Below, one piece after another: positions 1 to 8,375 of a DNA stretch of 64,000 nt. Within the stretch, counting starts at the first letter, position 1. The number at the start of each line of letters is the position of its first letter. Source of the stretch: an uncultured Erwinia sp. (GTDB lineage Bacteria; Pseudomonadota; Gammaproteobacteria; Enterobacterales; Enterobacteriaceae); NCBI GenBank assembly GCA_946221915.1, contig CAMIKG010000006.1, positions 28,075 through 92,074 of the forward strand, given 5' to 3'. The translations under genes were made by a program, and so were the position numbers. A model generated the notes under the pieces. It ran no database searches. It saw only the letters and a list, made by a program, of their open reading frames with translations, and was not told where the DNA came from.

Positions 1-86
1 GCATTGAACAGAATTTCCGTATGTAAAACGCATTGCTGAAAATATCCATTATTTCTGACTGCTAACAAATTCAAAAATCGGGTCAC

Positions 87-371
87 AATACACCTGCAAC
101 CGAAAAGCAACGCATAACCCCGGGGCACAATACATCTGAAACCGAACAGCAACGCTTAAACTTAAAGCGCAGGGAACACGGTCAGCGAAGGAAAGCGTCC
201 CGCGCCAGGGAAGGCGCGGGCCGAGCGGCCATGGATGGCGAACAGCGACTTTCCGTAGCTGACCGTGTTCCCTGAGCGGATCACCAAACTAAAAGCGACG
301 CCCCTGAGAAAATAACCAGACTAAAAGCGACCCCCCTGAACAGAGCACAGAACCTAAAGCGATCCCCCGCA
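87..371. repeat. Non-coding repeat region. Two approx 30-bp direct repeats (87-116, 127-156) and three approx 19-bp direct repeats (283-301, 319-337, 353-371) flank a nested hairpin with perfect 15-bp arms (176-190 / 258-272).
   Basis: Direct reading: cacaatacacctgcaaccgaaaagcaacgc vs cacaatacatctgaaaccgaacagcaacgc; ctaaaagcgacgcccctga x2 and cctaaagcgatcccccgca; gggaacacggtcagc ... gctgaccgtgttccc inverted repeat enclosing cccgcgcc/ggcgcggg inner stem. No ORF with an RBS. Confidence 0.5.
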
Positions 372-512
372 AACGCCCGAGTCCAGCACTCGCCATCAAT
401 CCACTAAGCCTTTTGCCAATTTTCATCTTCACTTGCGCAAATTTGTTGTTTTACGAAAGAAGTATGCCGTCCCACTATGAATGACATTGGTGCATTAACA
501 AGGAATTGGCTG

Positions 513-1514
513 ATGTCATATCGACTGAGTTTGCTGGATAAATCCCCGATTGCGGACGGTGAAAGCGCCTCTGATGCGCTGCACCGCACCCTGTTCCTGG
601 CGCAACAGGCGGAAAAATGGGGTTACCACCGCTTCTGGCTGGCGGAACACCACAACACCGCGCAACTGGCGAGCCCTTCCCCGGAAGTGCTGATCGCCTG
701 GATTATTGCGCAAACGCGCCACATCCGCGTCGGCTCCGGCGGCGTCATGCTGCAGCACTACAGCCCGTATAAAGTGGCGGAAAACTTTAACCTGCTGGCA
801 GCGCTGGCGCCGGGTCGTATCGATCTCGGCGTCGGTAAAGCGCCGGGCGGTCTGCCGCTCTCCACCCGCGCGCTGCAACAGGGATTGCACCAGGATGAAA
901 AAGGCTCCTTCGCCGAACAGCTGACGCTGCTCGATGGCTGGCTGCAGTCCAGCAGCGGCGCAGTGGTGGACGGTGAATCGCTGTATGCCACGCCGTTACC
1001 GGCGCGTCCGGCAAACCGCTTCCTGCTGGGCGCCAGCGAAGAGAGCGCCAGACTGGCCGCCAGCCTCGACTGGCAGTTTGTCTTTGCTGCCCACATCAAT
1101 GGCGACCATAACCTCCTGCAGCAGGTATTAAACACCTACCACAGCGCAAGCGGTGGACAACGTGCGCTGGTGGCGGTGCAGGTGGTGGTGGCCGACTCGG
1201 TGGCGCAGGTCGATGAACTGGTCAGCGATCTGCGCCACTATCACGTCCGTGTCGCCGGTGGTCAGGGCGTCAATGTCGCCACGCTGGAGCAGGCGGAGCG
1301 CTACGTGCGCCAGGGCGGCTATCAAGATTATGTAATTGAACCGCGCGTACCGTCACTGCTGAAAGGCACCGCGGCGCAGGTTCATGCGCAACTGGAAGAG
1401 TGGCAGCAAAACTTTGGCATTGAGGAATTTGTCGTCGACACCCCGATTGCTGACGGGCAGCAACGACTGAGATCCCTTGAGCTACTGGCGACTCATCACT
1501 TAGAGACCGCCTGA
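513..1514 (+). CDS. LLM-class (luciferase-like) flavin-dependent oxidoreductase
   Basis: ORF 477..1514; ATG at 513 preceded by AAGGAA RBS. N-terminal MSYRLSLLDKSP...WGYHRFWLAEHHN is the typical luciferase-like monooxygenase signature. Confidence 0.8.
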   Translation: MSYRLSLLDKSPIADGESASDALHRTLFLAQQAEKWGYHRFWLAEHHNTAQLASPSPEVLIAWIIAQTRHIRVGSGGVMLQHYSPYKVAENFNLLAALAPGRIDLGVGKAPGGLPLSTRALQQGLHQDEKGSFAEQLTLLDGWLQSSSGAVVDGESLYATPLPARPANRFLLGASEESARLAASLDWQFVFAAHINGDHNLLQQVLNTYHSASGGQRALVAVQVVVADSVAQVDELVSDLRHYHVRVAGGQGVNVATLEQAERYVRQGGYQDYVIEPRVPSLLKGTAAQVHAQLEEWQQNFGIEEFVVDTPIADGQQRLRSLELLATHHLETA

Positions 1515-1533
1515 TTCACGCAGGAGACGTATC

Positions 1534-2691
1534 ATGAGCGAAAGCCTGGAAGCCCAACTCATCGCCTGGCGGCGCGAGCTGCACCAGTATCCTGAACTGT
1601 CGAACCGGGAGCAGGCCACCAGCGAACGTATTCGCGGCTGGCTCGACGCGGCGGGCATCCGCCGGGCGGATTATCCCATCGACACCGGCGTCATTGCCGA
1701 AATCGGCACCGGCGACAACCTGATCGCCCTGCGGGCGGATATTGATGCGCTACCGATCCATGAAGCGACCGGTCTGCCGTGGCGTTCACGCAATACCGGC
1801 GTGATGCATGCCTGCGGTCATGATATCCATACCAGCGTGATGCTCGGCGCGGCGCGACTGCTGAAAGCGCAGGAGGCGACGCTGCCGGGACGCGTGCGGT
1901 TGCTGTTCCAGCCCGGCGAAGAGAACTGTACCGGCGCGCGCCAGTTTATCAAAGCCGGCGCGCTGCAGGACGTACAGGCAATTTTTGGTATGCACAACGA
2001 ACCCGGCCTGCCGACGGGCGTGTTCGCCACCCGCCCGGGCGCCTTCTATGCCAATGCCGATCGCTTTGTCATTCGCGTGGAAGGCAAAGGCGCGCATGCC
2101 GCGCATCCGGAAGAGGGCGTCGATGCCATTCTGGTCGCCAGCCAGATAATCCAGGCGCTACAGGCGCTGACCAGCCGCAGCTTTAACACTCTCGACAGCC
2201 TGGTGCTCAGCATCACCCGTATCGACGCCGGAAAAACGTGGAATGTGTTACCGGCGGTGGCCGAATTTGGCGGTACCGCACGCACCCACGATATGCGCGT
2301 ACGCGAACAGCTGGAGGCGCGCGTACGGCAGGTGGTGGAAAACGTAGCGCAGGGACTGGGCGCTCGCGCTACCCTGAGCTGGCATGCGGGGCCACCGGTA
2401 CTGATCAACGACGAATACTGGGCCAGCTTTAGCGCCGATGTGGCGCACCAGAGCGGCTATCAGGTACAAACCGCCGATCTGCATCTCGGCGGTGAAGATT
2501 TTGCTATCTACCTGCAGCAACTGCCGGGCGCGTTTGTCTCGATTGGCAGCGCCAGCGAATATGGCCTGCACCATGCGGCGTTCAACCCCGATGAAGCGCT
2601 GATCGCGCCCGCGGCACACTACTTCGCCCGTCTTGCCCGCCAGGCACTGCTACAGCTGAAAGCGCGTGAGCGCACCGCGGTCGCCAGCTGA
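1534..2691 (+). CDS. M20D-family amidohydrolase (hippurate hydrolase/aminoacylase-like metallopeptidase)
   Basis: 385-aa ORF with an MHACGHD metal-binding motif and overall M20 amidohydrolase layout. 20 bp downstream of the LLM gene, so likely co-transcribed. Confidence 0.8.
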   Translation: MSESLEAQLIAWRRELHQYPELSNREQATSERIRGWLDAAGIRRADYPIDTGVIAEIGTGDNLIALRADIDALPIHEATGLPWRSRNTGVMHACGHDIHTSVMLGAARLLKAQEATLPGRVRLLFQPGEENCTGARQFIKAGALQDVQAIFGMHNEPGLPTGVFATRPGAFYANADRFVIRVEGKGAHAAHPEEGVDAILVASQIIQALQALTSRSFNTLDSLVLSITRIDAGKTWNVLPAVAEFGGTARTHDMRVREQLEARVRQVVENVAQGLGARATLSWHAGPPVLINDEYWASFSADVAHQSGYQVQTADLHLGGEDFAIYLQQLPGAFVSIGSASEYGLHHAAFNPDEALIAPAAHYFARLARQALLQLKARERTAVAS

Positions 2692-2732
2692 ACACGATTT
2701 ATTCTGTCCTCTCCGTCATATCAGGTCTATTC

Positions 2733-2762
2733 TGCGGTGATAAATAAAATATCACCGCAGGT
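2733..2762. promoter_or_regulatory. Perfect 11-bp inverted repeat CTGCGGTGATA-N8-TATCACCGCAG between the amidohydrolase and the SIR2-like gene (operator or weak terminator)
   Basis: Seen directly: ctgcggtgataaataaaatatcaccgcag ends 18 bp before the SIR2-like start codon. No strong T-run follows. Confidence 0.35.
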
Positions 2763-2779
2763 CGTTTACTGGAGAGAGC

Positions 2780-3574
2780 ATGAAACCCGAACTGAAGCGC
2801 GCTTACGATGCCGGTAAGCTGATTTTGTTTGCCGGCGCTGGCATTTCCCGCAACCTGGGCCTGCCGGAGTGGCATGAGCTGATCTCGCATCTGGCACATG
2901 AGCTGGGCTACGACCCGGAAGAGTTCAACTCCTACGGCACCCATCTGGCACTGGCGGAATATTACAAAAAGCGCACCGGTTCGCTCGGGCCACTACGCAG
3001 CTGGATGGATCGCGAATGGCACCGCCCCGATATCGATGTGCGCAGTTCTGAAATCCATACCCTGATCACCCAGGGCAATTTTTCCCGCATCTATACCACC
3101 AATTACGACCGCTGGCTGGAGATGGCCCATGAGGCGAATAATGTGCCTTACCGTAAAGTCTCCAGCGCCGCCCACCTGGTGTCATTAACCGAAAACGAGC
3201 GTCATATTATTAAACTGCACGGGGATTTCGATGATGATGCCTCGCTGGTGCTGGATGAAAGCAGCTATTTTGAACGCCTCAATTTTGACAGTCCGCTGGA
3301 TCTGAAACTCACTCATGACGTTATCGGCAACTCGGTGCTGTTTGTCGGTTACAGCATCAGCGACTTCAATATCCGCCTGCTGTTTTACCGCCTGACCAAA
3401 ATGTGGGGCAGCACCGGGCTGGCGTCCGCGCGGCCGAAATCCTACCTGTTCACCAACCGCTATAATCCGGTGGCAAAAGAGGTGCTGGGCCAGTGGGGAA
3501 TCGAGATGATCGTTTCCGACGAAGAAAACCCGCGCAAGGCGCTGGCGACGTTTCTGCAGGATTTGATTGGCTGA
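2780..3574 (+). CDS. Standalone SIR2-like domain protein (SIR2_2-type; candidate NAD+-consuming defence protein)
   Basis: 264-aa ORF with GGAGAG RBS. Has LILFAGAGIS (Rossmann GAGxS), TTNYDRWLE (N-Y-D motif) and KLHGDF (catalytic His), characteristic of the prokaryotic SIR2-like family. No fused partner domain. Confidence 0.65.
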   Translation: MKPELKRAYDAGKLILFAGAGISRNLGLPEWHELISHLAHELGYDPEEFNSYGTHLALAEYYKKRTGSLGPLRSWMDREWHRPDIDVRSSEIHTLITQGNFSRIYTTNYDRWLEMAHEANNVPYRKVSSAAHLVSLTENERHIIKLHGDFDDDASLVLDESSYFERLNFDSPLDLKLTHDVIGNSVLFVGYSISDFNIRLLFYRLTKMWGSTGLASARPKSYLFTNRYNPVAKEVLGQWGIEMIVSDEENPRKALATFLQDLIG

Positions 3575-3695
3575 TTGCTGAACGCGCGGTTCTCTGTGAC
3601 AGAACCTCGTCAGATAAGGTACTATCCTCGCCAAACTTTGTGTGGCGTGCTGGATTCGCTGTTTTATCGCGCCGCGATGTGAGGAATTGAGATTA

Positions 3696-5969
3696 ATGAG
3701 TGACTTGACGCAGGATGGTGCAGAGCGTCTTGCCCTGCATAAGTTTACGGAAAATGCGTACCTCAACTACTCCATGTACGTCATCATGGACAGGGCGCTT
3801 CCCTATATTGGCGATGGACTGAAGCCGGTTCAGCGCCGAATTGTCTATGCCATGTCGGAGCTGGGCCTCAACGCCAGCGCGAAATTCAAAAAATCCGCGC
3901 GTACCGTCGGTGACGTGCTGGGTAAATACCATCCGCACGGCGACAGCGCCTGCTATGAAGCGATGGTACTGATGGCGCAGCCGTTCTCCTACCGTTACCC
4001 GCTGGTGGATGGCCAGGGGAACTGGGGGGCGCCGGACGATCCTAAATCCTTCGCGGCGATGCGTTACACCGAATCACGCCTGTCGAAATATGCCGAAGTG
4101 CTGCTGGGTGAACTGGGGCAGGGCACGGTCGATTATGTGCCGAACTTTGACGGTACCATGCAGGAGCCGAAAATGCTGCCTGCGCGCCTGCCGAATATCC
4201 TGCTGAACGGCACCACCGGCATCGCGGTGGGTATGGCGACGGATATTCCGCCGCACAACCTGCGTGAAGTGGCGCAGGCGGCGATTACGCTGATCGATAA
4301 CCCGAAAACCTCGCTTGAGCAACTGCTGGATATCGTGCAGGGGCCGGATTTCCCGACCGAAGCCGAAATCATCACCCCGCGCGACGAGATCCGTAAGCTG
4401 TATCAAAACGGCCGTGGCTCTGTGCGTATGCGTGCGGTGTGGAAGAAAGAAGAAGGTGACGTGGTGATTACCGCGCTGCCGCATCAGGTTTCCGGCGCGC
4501 GCGTGCTGGAACAGATCGCCGCGCAGATGCGCAATAAAAAATTGCCGATGGTGGAGGATCTGCGTGATGAGTCCGATCACGAGAACCCGACGCGTCTGGT
4601 GATTGTGCCGCGTTCCAGTCGCGTGGATATGGAACAGGTGATGAACCACCTGTTTGCCACCACCGACCTGGAAAGAAGCTACCGCGTTAACCTGAATATG
4701 ATTGGCCTCGACAATCGTCCGGCGGTGAAGAACCTGCTGGAGATCCTCAGCGAGTGGCTGATCTTCCGTCGTGATACGGTACGTCGCCGTCTGAACTACC
4801 GGCTGGAAAAAGTCCTGAAACGCCTGCATATCCTTGAAGGTTTGCTGGTGGCGTTCCTCAATATCGATGAAGTGATCCATATCATCCGAACTGAGGACGA
4901 GCCGAAGCCGGTACTGATGTCACGTTTCGACATCAGCGAAACCCAGGCGGAAGCGATTCTGGAATTAAAACTGCGCCATCTCGCCAAACTGGAAGAGATG
5001 AAGATCCGCGGTGAGCAAGACGAACTGGCGAAAGAACGCGATCATCTGCAGGGCATTCTGGCGTCTGAACGCAAAATGAATAACCTGCTGAAAAAAGAGC
5101 TGCAGGCGGATAGCGACGCCTATGGCGACGATCGCCGTTCACCGCTGCGTGAACGCGAAGAAGCCAAAGCCATCAGCGAAAATGAGCTGGTGCCCTCTGA
5201 GCCAGTCACCATTGTGCTGTCGCAGTCCGGCTGGGTGCGCAGCGCCAAAGGCCATGATATTGATCCGACGGGCCTCAGCTATAAAGCCGGTGACAGCTAT
5301 CTGGCGGCGGCGCGCGGTAAGAGCAATCAGCCAGTGGTGTTTATCGACTCCACCGGGCGCAGCTATGCGCTTGACCCGAGCACGCTGCCATCGGCGCGCG
5401 GCCAGGGTGAACCGCTGACCGGTAAACTGACGCCGCCACCGGGTGCTGCTTTCGAGCAGGTGCTGATGGAAGCGGAAGAGCAGAAGCTGTTGATGGCATC
5501 TGATGCCGGTTACGGTTTTGTCTGTACCTTTAACGATCTGATTTCGCGCAACCGCGCCGGTAAGGCGCTGCTGTCGTTGCCGGAAAATGCCAAAGTCATG
5601 ACGCCTGCGGCAATTCACAGTGATGACGATATGCTGCTGGCGATCACCAGCGCGGGCCGGATGCTGATGTTCCCGGTGGGCGATCTGCCGCAGCTGTCGA
5701 AAGGTAAAGGGAATAAGATTATCTCCATCCCTTCGGCGCAGGCGGCATCGGGTGAAGATAAACTGGCCTGGCTGCTGCTGCTGCCACCGAACAGTGCGAT
5801 TACTCTGCACGTTGGCAAACGCAAGCTGACCTTGCGCGCGGAAGAGCTGCAGAAATTCCGTGCTGAGCGTGGACGCCGCGGTACTCTGCTGCCGCGCGGC
5901 CTGCAGCGGATTGATCGGGTAGATATCGACGCCCCGGCGCGTCCGGCTGTGGGCGACAGCGAAGAATAA
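3696..5969 (+). CDS. parC: DNA topoisomerase IV subunit A
   Basis: [36 protein letters not shown]... shows strong identity to E. coli ParC along the full length. ATG at 3696, in frame with ORF 3642..5969. Confidence 0.95.
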   Translation: MSDLTQDGAERLALHKFTENAYLNYSMYVIMDRALPYIGDGLKPVQRRIVYAMSELGLNASAKFKKSARTVGDVLGKYHPHGDSACYEAMVLMAQPFSYRYPLVDGQGNWGAPDDPKSFAAMRYTESRLSKYAEVLLGELGQGTVDYVPNFDGTMQEPKMLPARLPNILLNGTTGIAVGMATDIPPHNLREVAQAAITLIDNPKTSLEQLLDIVQGPDFPTEAEIITPRDEIRKLYQNGRGSVRMRAVWKKEEGDVVITALPHQVSGARVLEQIAAQMRNKKLPMVEDLRDESDHENPTRLVIVPRSSRVDMEQVMNHLFATTDLERSYRVNLNMIGLDNRPAVKNLLEILSEWLIFRRDTVRRRLNYRLEKVLKRLHILEGLLVAFLNIDEVIHIIRTEDEPKPVLMSRFDISETQAEAILELKLRHLAKLEEMKIRGEQDELAKERDHLQGILASERKMNNLLKKELQADSDAYGDDRRSPLREREEAKAISENELVPSEPVTIVLSQSGWVRSAKGHDIDPTGLSYKAGDSYLAAARGKSNQPVVFIDSTGRSYALDPSTLPSARGQGEPLTGKLTPPPGAAFEQVLMEAEEQKLLMASDAGYGFVCTFNDLISRNRAGKALLSLPENAKVMTPAAIHSDDDMLLAITSAGRMLMFPVGDLPQLSKGKGNKIISIPSAQAASGEDKLAWLLLLPPNSAITLHVGKRKLTLRAEELQKFRAERGRRGTLLPRGLQRIDRVDIDAPARPAVGDSEE

Positions 5970-6035
5970 CAACAAATAGCCGGGTGAATGACGATTGACT
6001 CACCGCCGCGTCACCCGGCAGCAAATGAGGTCCCG

Positions 6036-6773
6036 ATGCTTTTACTTTTACGTGCGATTATTGTCATCCTTTATTCTGTTCTGGTTTGCGTGTTTGGCAG
6101 CATTTACTGTCTGTTCTCCCCGCGAAATCCCCGCCATGTCGCCACTTTTGGCCATATGTTTGGTCGCCTTGCGCCCGTGTTTGGCGTGAAAGTTGAACTG
6201 CGCAAACCGGCTGATGCGGAAAGCTATGGCAATGCGATCTATATCGCAAACCATCAAAACAACTACGACATGATTACCGCCGCCAATATCGTGCAGCCGA
6301 CGACGGTGACGGTGGGTAAGAAAAGCCTGTTGTGGATCCCGTTTTTTGGTCAGCTCTACTGGCTGACGGGTAACCTGCTGATTGACCGTGAAAACCGCGC
6401 CAAAGCGCACGGCACCATTGGTCAACTGGTGGAGCAGTTTGAGAAGAAAAAAATCTCTTTCTGGATGTTCCCGGAAGGCACCCGCAGCCGTGGCCGCGGT
6501 TTACTGCCGTTTAAAACTGGTGCGTTTCATGCGGCGATGGCGGCAGGCGTACCGATTATTCCGATCGTGGTGTCCAACACTCACAACAAAATTAAGCTGA
6601 ACCGCTGGAACAATGGCCTGGTGATTGTCGAAATGTTGCCGCCAGTGGATGTAAAACAGTTTGAACAGCAGTCAGTGCGCAAACTGGCGACCCATTGCCG
6701 TGAGCTGATGGCCGCTAAAATTGAGCAGCTGGACGCGGAAGTGGCAGAGCGCGAAGCCAGTAATCGGGTATAA
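6036..6773 (+). CDS. plsC: 1-acyl-sn-glycerol-3-phosphate acyltransferase
   Basis: About 80% identical to E. coli PlsC (…NHQNNYD, FPEGTRS motifs). Conserved parC-plsC-ftsP synteny. ATG at 6036 with GAGG RBS. Confidence 0.93.
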   Translation: MLLLLRAIIVILYSVLVCVFGSIYCLFSPRNPRHVATFGHMFGRLAPVFGVKVELRKPADAESYGNAIYIANHQNNYDMITAANIVQPTTVTVGKKSLLWIPFFGQLYWLTGNLLIDRENRAKAHGTIGQLVEQFEKKKISFWMFPEGTRSRGRGLLPFKTGAFHAAMAAGVPIIPIVVSNTHNKIKLNRWNNGLVIVEMLPPVDVKQFEQQSVRKLATHCRELMAAKIEQLDAEVAEREASNRV

Positions 6774-6801
6774 CACCCGTCAGCGCGACGCTGCACCAGC
6801 A

Positions 6802-6828
6802 ATCGCGGGCGGATATTATGCCGCCCGT
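6802..6828 (+). terminator. Candidate hairpin after plsC (CGGGCGG-loop-CCGCCCG)
   Basis: cgggcggatattatgccgcccg seen in sequence. Weak downstream T tract. Confidence 0.3.
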
Positions 6829-6909
6829 GCTAAAATTAGATCCTCTCAATTATAAAAAAATGGTAAGCGGCATATTTCCTCTGGCCGCATTTACGGGTAC
6901 GGAGTTGTT

Positions 6910-8328
6910 ATGTCCATCAGTCGGCGTCAATTTATTCAGGCATCGGGCGCGGCCCTGTGTGCGGGCGCGCTGCCCGGCCAGGCAAAGGCGGCTGCGAACG
7001 GCACACCGCTGCCGGTGCCGCCATTGCTTGAATCGCGTCGTGGTCAGCCGCTGTTTCTCACCCTGCAGCGCAGCCACTGGTCGTTCAGTGGTGATACCAG
7101 CAATAAAGCGCCTGTCTGGGGCGTTAATGGCATCTATCTCGGGCCGACCATCCGTGTCTGGAGCGGTGACGATGTCAAATTGATTTACAGCAACCGCCTG
7201 AATGAACCGGTCGCGATGACGGTGGCAGGGCTGCAGGTGCCAGGCCCGCTGATGGGCGGTGCGCCACGCATGATGTCGCCGGGTACTGACTGGGCGCCGG
7301 TAGTGCCGATTCGTCAGGCTGCCGCCACCTGCTGGTATCACGCCAATACCCCTAACCGCATGGCGCCGCATGTGTATAACGGCCTGGCAGGCATGTGGCT
7401 GATCGAAGACAGCATCAGCAAATCGCTGCCTCTTCCCAATCATTATGGCGTCGATGATTTTCCGCTGATTATACAGGATAAGCGGCTGGATAACTTTGGC
7501 GCGCCAGCGTATGACCCGCCGGGCAGCGGCGGTTTTGTCGGCGATACCCTGCTGGTTAACGGCGTGCAAAGTCCGTTTGTTGAAGTCTCACGTGGCTGGG
7601 TGCGTCTGCGTTTGCTGAATGCGTCGAACTCGCGCCGCTATCAGCTGACGCTGAGTGACGGTCGGCCGTTGCAGGTGATCGCCAGCGATCAGGGGTTCCT
7701 GCCTGCCCCGGTGGCAGTGCAGCAACTGTCGCTGGCGCCGGGAGAGCGACGTGAAATTCTGGTCGATATGTCGCAGGGCAATGAAGTGTCAATCAGCGCC
7801 GGTGTGGCGGCCACCATCGTGGAGCGTCTGCGCGGTCTGTTCGAACCGTCCACCATTCTGACCTCGACCACGGTGGTGACGCTGCGTCCGACCGGGATGC
7901 TGCCGCTGGTCACCGATAACCTGCCAATGCGGCTGGTGGCGGATCAAATCCTCGATGGTATTCCGGGGCGCACCCGTGAATTGCGCCTTGGCGACAGCCT
8001 GCCGGGGATTAACGGCGCGATATGGGATATGACGCGCATCGATATTCAGGCGCAACAGGGCAGCTTTGAGCGCTGGATTATTCATGCCGATGTCCCGCAA
8101 TCGTTCCATATCGAAGGGGTGATGTTCCTGGTGAAAAGCGTCAATGGCGCGCAGCCGATGGGTGAAGATCGCGGCTGGAAAGATACCGTCTGGGTCGATG
8201 GCGATATCGAACTGCTGGTGATGTTCCCGCAAGCCTCATCGCAACACTTCCCGTTTGTCTACCACAGCCAGACGCTGGAGATGGCCGATCGCGGTTCGGC
8301 CGGGCAGCTGCTGGTACAGCCTGCTTAA
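6910..8328 (+). CDS. ftsP: Cell division protein FtsP (SufI), multicopper-oxidase-like, Tat-exported
   Basis: MSISRRQFIQASGAALCAGALP twin-arginine signal. 472 aa, collinear with E. coli FtsP. ACGGAG RBS. Confidence 0.92.
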   Translation: MSISRRQFIQASGAALCAGALPGQAKAAANGTPLPVPPLLESRRGQPLFLTLQRSHWSFSGDTSNKAPVWGVNGIYLGPTIRVWSGDDVKLIYSNRLNEPVAMTVAGLQVPGPLMGGAPRMMSPGTDWAPVVPIRQAAATCWYHANTPNRMAPHVYNGLAGMWLIEDSISKSLPLPNHYGVDDFPLIIQDKRLDNFGAPAYDPPGSGGFVGDTLLVNGVQSPFVEVSRGWVRLRLLNASNSRRYQLTLSDGRPLQVIASDQGFLPAPVAVQQLSLAPGERREILVDMSQGNEVSISAGVAATIVERLRGLFEPSTILTSTTVVTLRPTGMLPLVTDNLPMRLVADQILDGIPGRTRELRLGDSLPGINGAIWDMTRIDIQAQQGSFERWIIHADVPQSFHIEGVMFLVKSVNGAQPMGEDRGWKDTVWVDGDIELLVMFPQASSQHFPFVYHSQTLEMADRGSAGQLLVQPA

Positions 8329-8375
8329 TCGGTGGCGGGCCGGGCGATGAATCTGGCCCAATGATGGCTTACGTC

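Noticed and set aside
87-371. Possible CRISPR array in the leading non-coding region
   Set aside because: Repeats are of two different families and unequal length, spacing is irregular, and no cas genes or leader are present. A hairpin/iteron element fits better.
3642-3695. 18-codon N-terminal extension of parC from the upstream ATG at 3642
   Set aside because: The E. coli ParC N-terminus aligns from MSD… at 3696. The extension ([18 protein letters not shown]) is not conserved.
4074-5975. Antisense ORFs of 268 and 278 aa inside parC
   Set aside because: The sense strand encodes a full-length, highly conserved ParC. The antisense products are Arg/His-rich artefacts of GC-rich coding DNA.
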